Positions 39,915 through 49,820 of a stretch of 64,000 bases of DNA are shown in pieces. The position numbers and the translations under genes are program-made. How positions within the stretch are numbered: position 1 is the first letter of the stretch; each line of letters opens with the position of its first letter. A model generated the notes under the pieces. That model was not told where the DNA came from and searched no databases. It saw only the letters and a program-made list of their open reading frames with translations. Location of the stretch: positions 1,312,001 to 1,376,000 of the forward strand of contig OZ241841.1 in assembly GCA_965202665.1 (NCBI GenBank), read 5' to 3'. Origin of the DNA: Candidatus Spongiisociaceae bacterium (lineage in GTDB: Bacteria > Actinomycetota > Acidimicrobiia > Spongiisociales > Spongiisociaceae).

Positions 39915-40748
39915 ATGGCGGAACGCAGATCCGGGCTGGGGCGAGGACTGGGGGCGTTGATCCCGGCGGGGACGGGGCGCAATCTGGAATACATTTCTTT
40001 GGGCGATATTCAGCCCAACCTGCGCCAGCCCCGCACCGATTTTGACCGGGAATCTCTGGATTCGCTGACCGAGTCCATTCGGCGGGTGGGGGTGTTGCAA
40101 CCGGTGGTGTTGAGACCGCAGGGGGATGGTTACGCGTTGGTGGCCGGGGAGCGGCGCTGGCGGGCGGCGCAGGCGGCCGGCTTGGAGGAAATTCCCGCTC
40201 TGATAAGGGAAACCGATGAACAAGGATCGCTGACCGAGGCTCTGGTGGAGAACTTGCAACGGGAAGACCTGGGTCCGTTGGAAGAAGCGGCCGCTTTCGC
40301 TCAACTGCAGGGTGATTTTGGGATGACTCATGCCGAAATAGGGGAGAGGGTGGGCCGCAGTCGGGCCGCTATAACCAACTCTCTGCGCCTTTTGCAACTT
40401 AGTCCGGTTATTCAGGCCGCCTTGGTCACCGGCGATCTGACCGCCGGGCACGCCCGGGTCCTGCTCAGCGTGGAGGACCCGGCTGAAGCCGAGGATATGG
40501 CGGAACGGGCCATCGCCGGGGACTGGTCGGTGCGCCGTTTGGAGGCGGAGATCGCAGCTCGGAAAGAAAGCGGGCATCCGCTGACGAGGGAGATGCGTCC
40601 GGCGGCGGTGATTGAGTTGGAGAACCGGTTGGCCGACCAGCTGGGGACCAAAGTTCGCATCCGCTACAAAAACAACAAAGGCCAGGTCACGCTCAGTTTT
40701 TCCAGCCTGGACCAGTTGGAAACCATTTACCGCCGGTTTTTCACCTGA
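39915..40748 (+). CDS. parB: Chromosome partitioning protein ParB
   Basis: GLGRGLGALI, AGERRWRA, ENLQREDL, HTH. Confidence 0.96.
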   Translation: MAERRSGLGRGLGALIPAGTGRNLEYISLGDIQPNLRQPRTDFDRESLDSLTESIRRVGVLQPVVLRPQGDGYALVAGERRWRAAQAAGLEEIPALIRETDEQGSLTEALVENLQREDLGPLEEAAAFAQLQGDFGMTHAEIGERVGRSRAAITNSLRLLQLSPVIQAALVTGDLTAGHARVLLSVEDPAEAEDMAERAIAGDWSVRRLEAEIAARKESGHPLTREMRPAAVIELENRLADQLGTKVRIRYKNNKGQVTLSFSSLDQLETIYRRFFT

Positions 40749-41097
40749 AAAATCCCCTTCCCTCGGTTTGTGGATAGGACAACCAGTCGGAAAGCTGGTT
40801 GATCATATCCGCTTTGCTACGGGCCCCCACGATTCGTTTGCGTTCCATCCCGTTTTGGAACAGGATCATAGTGGGGATGCTCATCACATCGTGCGAGGCG
40901 GGCGTTTGCGGGTTCTCGTCGATGTTCAGTTTGGCGATGGTGAGCCGATCCCCGTGTTCGACTGAAATCGCCTCCAAGACGGGGGCTACCAACCGGCAGG
41001 GGCCGCACCATTCGGCCCAGAAGTCAACCAAGATAGGTTGCTCGCCGGAGATATGCTCCGCGAAGTCGGCGTCGGACAGGGTGATGATTGCGGACAT
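40741..41097 (-). CDS. trxA: Thioredoxin
   Basis: DFWAEWCGPC, SIPT. Confidence 0.96.
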   Translation of the reverse strand: MSAIITLSDADFAEHISGEQPILVDFWAEWCGPCRLVAPVLEAISVEHGDRLTIAKLNIDENPQTPASHDVMSIPTMILFQNGMERKRIVGARSKADMINQLSDWLSYPQTEGRGFFR

Positions 41098-41154
41098 CAG
41101 TCCTCCTTGTTAGTTATCGCTACTTTATGTAGCAAGGTTTAGAGCTTCCAGGTT

Positions 41155-42114
41155 TTAGCCGGGGCGGTGTTCGGACTCCATCCATCGTTCGGCGTCGATG
41201 GCGGCCGCGCAACCGGTTCCGGCCGCGGTGACCGCCTGACGATACACGGTGTCGGCTACATCCCCGGCGGCGAACACCCCGGGCGCGCTGGTCATGGTAC
41301 CAGGTCCGGGCAGGATGACGTACCCGTTGTCGTCCAACTCCAGTTGCCCTTTGAACAGGGAAGTGTTGGGGTCGTGGCCGATGGCTACGAACACCCCCTC
41401 GCAGGCCAGCTCCTTTGTTTCCCCGGTTTGCGTGTCGCGCAACCGCGCCCCGCTCACCCCGTCTTCGCCCAGAATTTCCTCCACCACCGCGTTCCAGATC
41501 ACCCTGATTTTGTCGTGGGACAGGGCGCGGTCGGCCATGATCCGGGAGGCCCGGAATTCGTCCCGCCGGTGAACTATGGTAACCCGGGAAGCGAACTTGG
41601 TGAGGAACAGCGCTTCTTCCATCGCCGAGTCGCCTCCGCCTACCACGATGATTTCCTTGTCTCGGAAGAAGAACCCGTCGCAGGTGGCGCAGGCGGACAC
41701 TCCTTTGCCGATGAGGCGCTCCTCGCCGGAAACTTCCAGCCAGCGGGCGGAAGCACCGGTGGCGATAATAATAGTTTGCGATAGATAACGTTGATTATCT
41801 ACTTTCGCTTCGAAGGGACGCTCCGTCAGTTGCACGGCGGTGACATCGGCGGGAACCAAACGGGCGCCGAACCGCTCCGCTTGGTCGCGGAACAGGTCCA
41901 TCAAGTCCGGGCCCATTATCCCCGCCGGGAAGCCGGGATAGTTTTCCACATCGGTGGTGATCATCAACTGCCCGCCGGCGCTGAACCCTTCGAACACCAG
42001 CGGGGACAGGTTGGCGCGGGCGGCGTAGAGGGCGGCGGTCAGCCCGGCCGGTCCCGACCCGATGATTATCACTTTCTCCGCAGGATTGTCCCCGTTGGAT
42101 ATTTGGTCAGTCAT
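41155..42114 (-). CDS. trxB: Thioredoxin reductase
   Basis: [31 protein letters not shown]. Confidence 0.96.
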   Translation of the reverse strand: MTDQISNGDNPAEKVIIIGSGPAGLTAALYAARANLSPLVFEGFSAGGQLMITTDVENYPGFPAGIMGPDLMDLFRDQAERFGARLVPADVTAVQLTERPFEAKVDNQRYLSQTIIIATGASARWLEVSGEERLIGKGVSACATCDGFFFRDKEIIVVGGGDSAMEEALFLTKFASRVTIVHRRDEFRASRIMADRALSHDKIRVIWNAVVEEILGEDGVSGARLRDTQTGETKELACEGVFVAIGHDPNTSLFKGQLELDDNGYVILPGPGTMTSAPGVFAAGDVADTVYRQAVTAAGTGCAAAIDAERWMESEHRPG

Positions 42115-42406
42115 TATCCTCCTCGTCCTCTTGCGGATGGACCCGGCGCCTGTACCAGAACAACCACCCCAAGGCCAAAAATAATCCCCCGGCGATGGCG
42201 TAAGCGCCGATGTCCCCCACCCCGATCGCCAACAGACGGAACAGGGCCGCCGACAGAAACACCACCGCCGCGGCCAGCAAGGCGACCACCCCCAAGCCGA
42301 GGGCGACGAAAGTTATCCCGCGCGCTGGTTGGTCCACCGCCATCCGCCGCAACCCGGCCACCAACCTTTCCAACAGGTCAACGTACCAGGCCGATGAGAT
42401 TTTCAT
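42107..42406 (-). CDS. Small 2-TM membrane protein
   Basis: GGAGG RBS, two hydrophobic helices, overlaps the trxB start. Confidence 0.7.
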   Translation of the reverse strand: MKISSAWYVDLLERLVAGLRRMAVDQPARGITFVALGLGVVALLAAAVVFLSAALFRLLAIGVGDIGAYAIAGGLFLALGWLFWYRRRVHPQEDEEDND

Positions 42407-42467
42407 CCTCCCAGCTTACCCGCCCCGGACCGCTATCCGGCGAATGTCCGGCCGGGGCCCGTCGCCC

Positions 42468-43532
42468 TCACCCTTCGGTTTCTTGTTCGGTTATGAAGAG
42501 AGCCCGACATTCGTCGTCCGCTTCGTCCTCACCGGCGGTTCCCGCTAAGCCGCCGGGCGGCGTGAAAGCAATCAGCAAATAGCGGGGCCCGCCCTCCCAT
42601 AGGGGTTCCTCCGTTTCCAAGTGGTAGACCTCGTACCAAAATTCCCCAATCCAGGCCCGTCCGGCGAACGCCACCGTCGCCCGCCCTCCGTCCGTATTGT
42701 CGGCGAAACCATCCCAGCAGGCCAGCCCGGCGCGGTCGGCGTATTCCGCCATTTCCGGGTAGGACATGGGGAAAAGGTCCGGTTGCCCGGCGGCGAGGGC
42801 CTTGGTCCGTTCCGCCAACTCCCGATCGCTTTCCCATGTTCCTTCGTCGGTTCCCCAGAGACGGGGCAAATCATCAAGCGCGACATCCGACATCGGGGCG
42901 TCCTCCGTTCGTGATTGTTCGGTGGATAAGGAGGCGGTTTCGTCGGCGGCGGTAGAGGCGGGCGAGGGGAGCGGGTCGGATTCCGCCATTTGATCCTCGG
43001 CCGCCGCCCCTGCGTCCGCAGTCGCGCTTTCGGGTTCGGCGGCGGCGAGCGGGGCTTCTTCGGACACCGGCTCTTCTGCGAACGCGGTCATAGTCGTAGG
43101 GGGGACGGTGGGGGCGGCGGTAGTGGCGGCGGCTGTCAACTCCGTCCGCTGATTGGCCGTGTCTCCCAGGTCGCGCAAGTTGATCGCCACCGCTACCGCC
43201 AAAGCCAGCGAGGCGGCGGCCGCCGCGGCCGGCCAGGCGCGCATCAACCGGAATCGCCTCCGGGCCGGGGGCGCGGGGGCGGCGGACTCTTCGGCGGCCG
43301 CCCTGTGCGCCGCCCGGCGTAGGTCCCGCCGCTCTTCGGGGGTCAGTTGCGGGGCGGGGAGGGAAGACAAAGCCCGGCGCACCGCCCTTTGCTCTTCCAC
43401 TTCCGCCTGTTGCTCCGCCCCCAGGCGCGCCTCATCCGGCCCTCCAGCGGGTTGGGAGGCCAAGTCGGCCAGGCGCTCTTCTGCCAGGGGCTCTGGGGCC
43501 AGGCCCTCCGGGGAGTTGGGCTGATCAGTCAT
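42468..43532 (-). CDS. Putative anti-sigma factor (single TM, acidic extracytoplasmic domain)
   Basis: Overlaps the stop of the ECF sigma gene; RRRFR followed by a TM helix; typical sigma/anti-sigma/trxB synteny. Confidence 0.6.
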   Translation of the reverse strand: MTDQPNSPEGLAPEPLAEERLADLASQPAGGPDEARLGAEQQAEVEEQRAVRRALSSLPAPQLTPEERRDLRRAAHRAAAEESAAPAPPARRRFRLMRAWPAAAAAASLALAVAVAINLRDLGDTANQRTELTAAATTAAPTVPPTTMTAFAEEPVSEEAPLAAAEPESATADAGAAAEDQMAESDPLPSPASTAADETASLSTEQSRTEDAPMSDVALDDLPRLWGTDEGTWESDRELAERTKALAAGQPDLFPMSYPEMAEYADRAGLACWDGFADNTDGGRATVAFAGRAWIGEFWYEVYHLETEEPLWEGGPRYLLIAFTPPGGLAGTAGEDEADDECRALFITEQETEG

Positions 43533-44106
43533 TTTCTTCATCCTTTTGACGACCGGGAACGCCCAAAAGGTTCTGTAAAGCATGGGCGAGTTGCTTGCGG
43601 CCTCGGAACAGGCGGGATTTGACGGTTCCCAGAGGCAGTTCCAACGATTCGGCCACCGTGCGCAACGGCAGGTCCTGCAAGTCGCTGAGAACCACCACCG
43701 CCGCGTACTCGGCGGGCATTTCGGCCAGGGCCCGCTCGATGGCGGGGCGCGTCTCCGCCGCCTCCAGTTCCCAGAGGGCGGACGGATCGGCGGGTTGGTA
43801 GGTTTCAGGCAGGCGCGCGGCGGGTTGCCGTCCCTCCCTGCGCAAAACGTCGTAGCAGGAGTTGACCGCGATCCGGTACAGCCAGGTGGTGAAGGCGGAA
43901 CGGCCCTGGAAGGAGCCCGCTTTGCGCAACACGGCTATGAAGGTTTCCTGGGAGGCTTCCAAGGCTTTGTCGCGGTCGCCCAGGATGCGCAGGCAGACCG
44001 CGAACACCTTTCCCTCGTGGGCGGTCATCAGACGGTCGAAAGATTCCAAGTCCCCGGCTATGTAACGGGCCAGCAATTCTGCGTCCGTGTCGGGACGGGC
44101 GGTCAC
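43525..44106 (-). CDS. ECF sigma factor (SigM-like)
   Basis: FTTWLYRIAVN (region 2), LPLGTVKSRLFRGR (region 4); position upstream of trxB. Confidence 0.9.
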   Translation of the reverse strand: MTARPDTDAELLARYIAGDLESFDRLMTAHEGKVFAVCLRILGDRDKALEASQETFIAVLRKAGSFQGRSAFTTWLYRIAVNSCYDVLRREGRQPAARLPETYQPADPSALWELEAAETRPAIERALAEMPAEYAAVVVLSDLQDLPLRTVAESLELPLGTVKSRLFRGRKQLAHALQNLLGVPGRQKDEEND

Positions 44107-45452
44107 GACCGGAACCTTACTTCGGCCAGTTGCGTCTGATATCCCTGCTCGGTTATCGGCAACTCGATGAGCCACAGCAACCACACTCCGTCCGGGCGGG
44201 AGGGAAGTTGGATTACCGCGTCCTCCGGAAACGACCGTCCTCCCGCCACCGGCTCCCATTGGCGGGGGTTTTCCGCAAGGCGCGGCGACCATAGGATTTG
44301 AAAGGCCGTCCCTTCCGACATTCCCACCAGCTCCATAAGTTTCGGCGCCCCCGTGACTTCAAAGGCCACGCCCACCCCGTCTTTGAGCAGGGGCAACGGG
44401 TCGTAGTAGCGTTCGGTTCGCCACGATGTGGCCGGATCATTATCCACCAAGGCCCCCACCCGGGACGAGTTTTCGGATCCGTCGCCCAGCGGATCGTATA
44501 TGAGGGCTTGGCGCATCTCCACCGGGGGGGACTGCGTGGGAACGGGGGGAGGGGGGGAGGCGGCGGGGACGGGGGCGGTCGCCGGGGGAGACTCCGGGGC
44601 GGCGGACGGCGATTCGGATCCGACCGCCGGCGGTTCCCAAAGCGGGGCGACCGTTTCGGGGAGGACGGGAAGATCGGATTCGGGTTGCAGGAGCGACCCC
44701 AGGTAGAGGAAAAGGGCGGCGGCGGCCCCTAGGACGAGGGCCGGCATCAGCCATCTCCATGACCGGGGGGCCTCGGGCCACCGGGGCGGGGCGTAGGGGA
44801 TGGAACGGATCAGTTCGGCCAAGCGGGGGGCGTTGATCCGCCCCTGTTGCGCCTGGCGCAGGGCTTCGTCCACCGTGGGGGGAAGGGCGTCGATGACTTG
44901 CGAGGGGGCCAACTCCCCGGCGGGCCGGCCGGTGAGGGCGGTTTCCAGGGCGGCCCCCAAAGCCTGCACGTCGGACGAGGCGGACCAGGTCAGGGAGCTG
45001 CGTCCGAAGGAGCCCAGTTTGGCCGGGTGGCCCCCGGCGTATCCCACCGCCGCCGCGTCGATGGCCCCGTGCACGATCCCCTGTTCGTGCAGGGCGGCCA
45101 AACCGTCGGCCAGCCCGGCCGCGTTGGACAGGAACTCGGGGATGGAAGGGGTTTCCCCGGCCGCAATGCGGTTGGCCAAGGTGATGCCCCCGGTCCATTC
45201 CGTTATGGAGTAGGCCGAACCCTCCGCCGACTCCGCCCCGTACACTTCGGCCAAGTGGATGTGGCCGACCCGGGCCGCGCTGCGAACCTTGCCCAAGAAA
45301 CGTTCCTGCCGGTAGGGTTCGGCTTCCGGCCCCACCACCCGCACCAGCACCGGCCGGTCCAGGGTGAGGTCGGTGGCCAGCCACTCTTCGACATCCTGGT
45401 CGCGTCCCAGGCGCATCTCCAGTCGGTAACGGGCGGGCAACGGCGGCGGCAT
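44103..45452 (-). CDS. Ser/Thr pseudokinase with TM helix and extracellular domain
   Basis: RYRLE..LG, D.TLDRPVLVR, IVHGAI, AKLGSFG, SDVQALG; catalytic Lys/Asp residues absent. Confidence 0.75.
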   Translation of the reverse strand: MPPPLPARYRLEMRLGRDQDVEEWLATDLTLDRPVLVRVVGPEAEPYRQERFLGKVRSAARVGHIHLAEVYGAESAEGSAYSITEWTGGITLANRIAAGETPSIPEFLSNAAGLADGLAALHEQGIVHGAIDAAAVGYAGGHPAKLGSFGRSSLTWSASSDVQALGAALETALTGRPAGELAPSQVIDALPPTVDEALRQAQQGRINAPRLAELIRSIPYAPPRWPEAPRSWRWLMPALVLGAAAALFLYLGSLLQPESDLPVLPETVAPLWEPPAVGSESPSAAPESPPATAPVPAASPPPPVPTQSPPVEMRQALIYDPLGDGSENSSRVGALVDNDPATSWRTERYYDPLPLLKDGVGVAFEVTGAPKLMELVGMSEGTAFQILWSPRLAENPRQWEPVAGGRSFPEDAVIQLPSRPDGVWLLWLIELPITEQGYQTQLAEVRFRS

Positions 45453-45657
45453 ACCCCACTACGCTAGACCCCCCAGCCCCAAACCCGGTCCGCAATCCAA
45501 AGATGGCGGAAGATTCTGAGGGGGATGTCAGGGGCGGGAAATGATCTGCGGCGGGCTCGGTTGAGTTTGAAAGGGGCCTTGTCATCGGTTCGTTGCCGGG
45601 CGGCGGGCGGGGATTCGGGAATCACCGGGGTTCTTGGGCGGGGCGGTTAGCCTGGGA

Positions 45658-46260
45658 ATGATGTTTGGAAATACCTCGGACCGCGTTGCCCGGCCGGGTT
45701 GGAGGCGGGCGGTCGTCGCCGTTGCGCTGTTGTTGGCGGTTTCCGCTTGCAATCGGGGCGATGACGAGGCGGCGACCACCACCGCGGCCGCCCCGTCCGC
45801 CACCGTCGCCGTCGCCGATGATTCCGCCTTGGATGCGGAGGAGGACGCGGTGGTCACCGTTGCCGAAGAGGAGGCCGCCGGCGGTGAATCGGAGGGCGGG
45901 ACTACTTCTACCTCCGCCGCGCCGGCCGGGGAAGACGACGGCGGGGGAGTGGAGGTGATCATTCCCCCCTATCAGGTGGTGAGCGAAGGCGAACCTTTGG
46001 TGGCGGTGGTGCAACCCGGTTCGTACAGCCCGGTGGCGTTGGAAAACCTGGTGTACGACATCGTGGAAAAATACTCCCCCTCCGCGGCGGTGGTGGTGGA
46101 CGACGCGGCGGCCGCCGAGCTGGCCGGCGCCGGGGAGGAGTTGGACGAGGTGCAACAGTCGCAGTTGCGGGCCCGCACCCTGTTGCGCATAGAAAGCGGC
46201 GTGCAAGTCACCTTCTACGGGCCTTACGCCGACCTGCCGGGAATCACCGTCGGCTCCTAA
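45658..46260 (+). CDS. Putative lipoprotein
   Basis: Lipobox VSAC after a hydrophobic stretch; acidic, Thr-rich linker. Confidence 0.7.
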   Translation: MMFGNTSDRVARPGWRRAVVAVALLLAVSACNRGDDEAATTTAAAPSATVAVADDSALDAEEDAVVTVAEEEAAGGESEGGTTSTSAAPAGEDDGGGVEVIIPPYQVVSEGEPLVAVVQPGSYSPVALENLVYDIVEKYSPSAAVVVDDAAAAELAGAGEELDEVQQSQLRARTLLRIESGVQVTFYGPYADLPGITVGS

Positions 46261-46278
46261 ACCGCCCGCCCCGTCCGG

Positions 46279-47658
46279 TTACAGGAGCAGGGAGGCGACC
46301 AGCAGGAAACCGCCGAAACCAACCACATCGGTTATCAGCGTCAGGAAAATGTTGGAAGCCAGGGCCGGGTCGAAACCGAGGCGGCGCAACAGCAACGGGA
46401 TGCCCGTTCCGGCCAGCACTCCGATGGTCAGGTTGGCCACCGTGGCCAAACCCATCGTCAGACCGAAGAGGAGGTTGCCGCCCAGTACCAGTCCGATGAT
46501 CATGGAAAGCAACCCGATGGGGACCGCGTTGGAGGCCCCTATGGCCACCTGCCGAACCACCACCCCGGCCACCCGGCTGGGGGCCACGTCGTTGGTGGCC
46601 AAACCGCGGATGACCACCGCCAGGCTTTGCGCCCCGGCGTTGCCGCCCACTAAGGCCACCATCGGCATCAGAGCCGCCAGGATGGGGCCCACGCTGTCAA
46701 TCACCCCCGACTGCCGTTCGATCACCAGGGCCACGAACAGGGCCATCACCAAATTCACCACCATCCAGGGCAGGCGCATCATCACCGAGCGGAGGATGGG
46801 GGTGAACACCGTTTCCTCCGGTCCGGCCCCCATGGCGGCCGCGAAGTCTTCGGTGGCCTCCGCCTGCACCGCCTCCACTACCGCCTCATGGGTGACCATT
46901 CCGATCAGCACCCCGGCGTGATCCACCACCGGCAACCCGAACAGGCCGTAACGGGTGGCCAGCTCCGCCACCTCTTCCCGGTCGGTGTCGGGGCGGACGG
47001 TGACCGGGCGGCGGGTCATAGTGTCGTCCAAGGCCACCCCCGGGCGGGCGAACACCAGATCCCGAAAAGAAACCACTCCCAGCAGATGACGTCGATGATC
47101 CACCACGTACACGTAGGACAGGTCCTCGATTTGGTCGTGCAACTGGCGCAACCGTTCTATGGCTTCCCCGGCGGTAATGCCGGAGGAGAGCACCGCCAAG
47201 TCGGTGATCATCAGGCCGCCCGCCGAGTCGGGGGCGTGCGAGAGCAAAGCCGCCAGTTCGCGGGCCACCTCCGCCTCCAGCCGGCCCAACAGGCTTTCCC
47301 GCCGTTCCGGGCCCAACTCGCCCAGCAGGTCGGCCGCCATGTCGGCGTCCATGGTTCCGATTATTTCCGCCGCCCGTTCCTCCTCCACCCCGTCCAGCAG
47401 GCCCGCTCCCCGCTCGGCCCGCATTTCGTCCAACAACCCGGCGGCTACTTCGCGGTCCAAATCGTCCAGCAGGACGGTGGCCGACTCCGTGTCCAACTCT
47501 TCCAGGATGTCGGCGGCGTCGTGCGGGTCGGCGGCCGCCAACGCCCGCCACTGCTCCGGATGGGAATGAAGGTATTCCCCCACCGAGCCCGGTTCCACCC
47601 GGGCCGCCCCCCGCAGTCGTTGGGCGAACTCGCGCGGGCGCAACAGGCGCATCCTCAC
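46279..47658 (-). CDS. mgtE: Magnesium transporter MgtE
   Basis: AGGLM, CBS pair, RLPW, GGNAGAQ, DPALAS..LT.ITDV.G. Confidence 0.93.
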   Translation of the reverse strand: MRMRLLRPREFAQRLRGAARVEPGSVGEYLHSHPEQWRALAAADPHDAADILEELDTESATVLLDDLDREVAAGLLDEMRAERGAGLLDGVEEERAAEIIGTMDADMAADLLGELGPERRESLLGRLEAEVARELAALLSHAPDSAGGLMITDLAVLSSGITAGEAIERLRQLHDQIEDLSYVYVVDHRRHLLGVVSFRDLVFARPGVALDDTMTRRPVTVRPDTDREEVAELATRYGLFGLPVVDHAGVLIGMVTHEAVVEAVQAEATEDFAAAMGAGPEETVFTPILRSVMMRLPWMVVNLVMALFVALVIERQSGVIDSVGPILAALMPMVALVGGNAGAQSLAVVIRGLATNDVAPSRVAGVVVRQVAIGASNAVPIGLLSMIIGLVLGGNLLFGLTMGLATVANLTIGVLAGTGIPLLLRRLGFDPALASNIFLTLITDVVGFGGFLLVASLLL

Positions 47659-47671
47659 TGTCCGCCCCCGG

Positions 47672-48214
47672 TCAGCCCTCGTAGGGCCGAACCCCCAGCA
47701 CCCGGAAGGTGAAAGTCCCCCCCGGCGCCTGGTAGGACACGTCTTCCCCCTCCGCCGCCCCCAGCAGGGCCTGGCCGAGCGGCCCGGAAGGGGAGACCCG
47801 CCGACAACCTTCCGCCTGGTTTTCCAGGGAAGCCAGGAAATAGTCTTCGATCTCCCCGTCGGCGTCCCGCAAAGTGACGATGCTCCCTTCCCGCACTTTG
47901 CCGTCGTCGGATTCCTCCTGGATTTTGAAAGGGAGGTCGGCGTAGACCACCGGCCCCTCCCGCGTTTCGTCGTCGGGGCTTCCCTCCACTACCGCGTTGT
48001 CCAGCAGATGGCGCAGTTTGCGGATGCGGGCTTCCATAAGCCCCTGCTCGGTTTTGGCTGCGTCGTAGTCGGCGTTTTCCCGCAGGTCGCCATGGGCGCG
48101 GGCTTCGGCCAGCCGGGCCGCGATCCGTTTGCGGCCTTCGGTGGTCAAATGGTCGTGTTCCTCCTGCGTTTTGCGGTAGGCGTCGAGCGTGAGCCAGGTG
48201 GCGTTGTCGGACAT
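47672..48214 (-). CDS. greA: Transcription elongation factor GreA
   Basis: ARAHGDLRENADY, SPSGPLGQALLG. Confidence 0.92.
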   Translation of the reverse strand: MSDNATWLTLDAYRKTQEEHDHLTTEGRKRIAARLAEARAHGDLRENADYDAAKTEQGLMEARIRKLRHLLDNAVVEGSPDDETREGPVVYADLPFKIQEESDDGKVREGSIVTLRDADGEIEDYFLASLENQAEGCRRVSPSGPLGQALLGAAEGEDVSYQAPGGTFTFRVLGVRPYEG

Positions 48215-48330
48215 GACTCCCAGGTTACCGGTTTGCGCTCCGACTTTTAAGCCGGAGCGGGCCGGGAGGGGACGGCTTTCCGCTCCGGCGTGGCAAACTT
48301 GGGGGCGGACGGGGGGAGAAAGGAGATCCG

Positions 48331-49365
48331 ATGTCGGAGATTCGCCTCACATCGTTTTCCCACGGCGCAGGCTGAGGGTGCAAGCTCGGCCCCGACGAGC
48401 TGGCGCAGGTCCTGCGTCCACTGACATCCCATCCTTCTTTTTCCCATCCCGACTTGGCGCTGGGGGTGGCGGCCGCCGACGACGCCGGGGTTTACCGGCT
48501 GGGGGACGGGCGGGCTTTGGCGCAGACGGTGGATTTTTTCACCCCCATCGTGGATGAGCCCTACGACTGGGGCCGGGCGGCGGCCGCCAACTCCCTGTCC
48601 GATGTGTACGCCATGGGGGGGCGCCCCCTGACGGCTTTGCAACTGGCGGGTTGGCCCCGCGGCGACATACCCTGGGAGATGCTGGAGGAAACGATGGCCG
48701 GCGGAGCGGATGTGATGGCGGAGGCGGGGACCACCGTGCTGGGAGGCCATTCCATCGACACCCCCACCCCGCTGTACGGGTTTGCGGTCACCGGACTGGT
48801 GGATCCGGAGCGGATGACCGCCAAACGGGGGGCGCGGCCCGGCGACTCCATAGTCCTCACCAAGCCGCTGGGGATGGGCGTGGCGGCCACCGCCATCCGG
48901 CTGGGGACGGCGACGGAGGCTTTGCGGGCGGCGGCGGTGGAGACAATGGCCTCCCTCAACGGCCCGGCGGCGCAGGCGATGATCGCCGCCGGGGTCAAAT
49001 GCGCCACCGACGTGACCGGGTTCGGACTGCTGGGCCACTTGCGGGAAATCATTCTGGCCTCCGGGGTGGGGGCCCGCATCAGGGCGGAGTCGGCGCCGGT
49101 GCTGGACGGGATCGCCGAGCTGGTGGAGGAAGGGGTGTATCCGGGGGGCAGCGAACGCAACCTGGCTTCGGTGCGGGGAATGCTGTCGGGGCGGGCGGGG
49201 GAGACGCAGGTGCGGATTCTGGCTGACGCCCAAACCAGCGGCGGGTTGCTGATGGCCGTCCCCCCCGGACGGCTGGGCGGTCTGATGGAACGGTTGGCGG
49301 AGGCCGCTCCGCAGGCGGCGGTGATCGGGGAGTTCACGGACGGGCCGGGGATGGAGGTGATGTGA
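48331..49365 (+). CDS. selD: Selenide, water dikinase (selenoprotein, Sec at codon 15)
   Basis: [25 protein letters not shown](48373-48375)-GCKL in frame with [36 protein letters not shown]. Confidence 0.93.
48401..48420 (+). promoter_or_regulatory. Candidate bacterial SECIS hairpin
   Basis: TGG-CGCAG-GTC-CTGCG-T-CCA, with a GU-containing loop about 34 nt after the UGA; resembles the fdhF GCAGGUCUGC loop. Confidence 0.6.
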
Positions 49366-49820
49366 GCGGACGCGACGCCCGCCTGCGGGCCATCGCCGGG
49401 GCCCTGTCCATCGGCGGCCTGCGGCGGCATATTTTTCTGTGCGCCGAACAGTCCAATCCCCGTTGCGCCCCCTACGAGGAGGGAGCGGAGGCTTGGCGGA
49501 GTTTGAAAGCGGCGGCCAAGCGGTCGGGGCTGGCTTCGGCCCCCCCGGGTTGGCGGGGCGACGGCGGGGAGGGGCCGGGGCGGTTCGCGCCCGGGTCGGG
49601 GACGATTCTGCGCACCAAAGTGGACTGCCTTCGGGTATGCGAGCAGGGTCCGATTGCGGTGGTTTATCCGGACGGCGTCTGGTACCGCTCCGTATCCGGG
49701 GAGGTTTTGGAACGGATAATCAACGAGCACCTGATAGGAGGCGTTCCGGTAGCCGAATACGTTTTCGCCGCCGACCCCCTGTCCCCGCCATCCGAAGAAC
49801 GGGCGCGGCGAAAATCATGA
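49362..49820 (+). CDS. Thioredoxin-like [2Fe-2S] ferredoxin
   Basis: HIFLC...RC...[36 protein letters not shown]. Confidence 0.88.
   Translation: MSGRDARLRAIAGALSIGGLRRHIFLCAEQSNPRCAPYEEGAEAWRSLKAAAKRSGLASAPPGWRGDGGEGPGRFAPGSGTILRTKVDCLRVCEQGPIAVVYPDGVWYRSVSGEVLERIINEHLIGGVPVAEYVFAADPLSPPSEERARRKS

Noticed and set aside
48331-48453. selD pseudogene with a premature stop
   Set aside because: The TGA falls exactly at the Sec/Cys catalytic position and is followed by a SECIS-like hairpin; the rest of the gene is intact.
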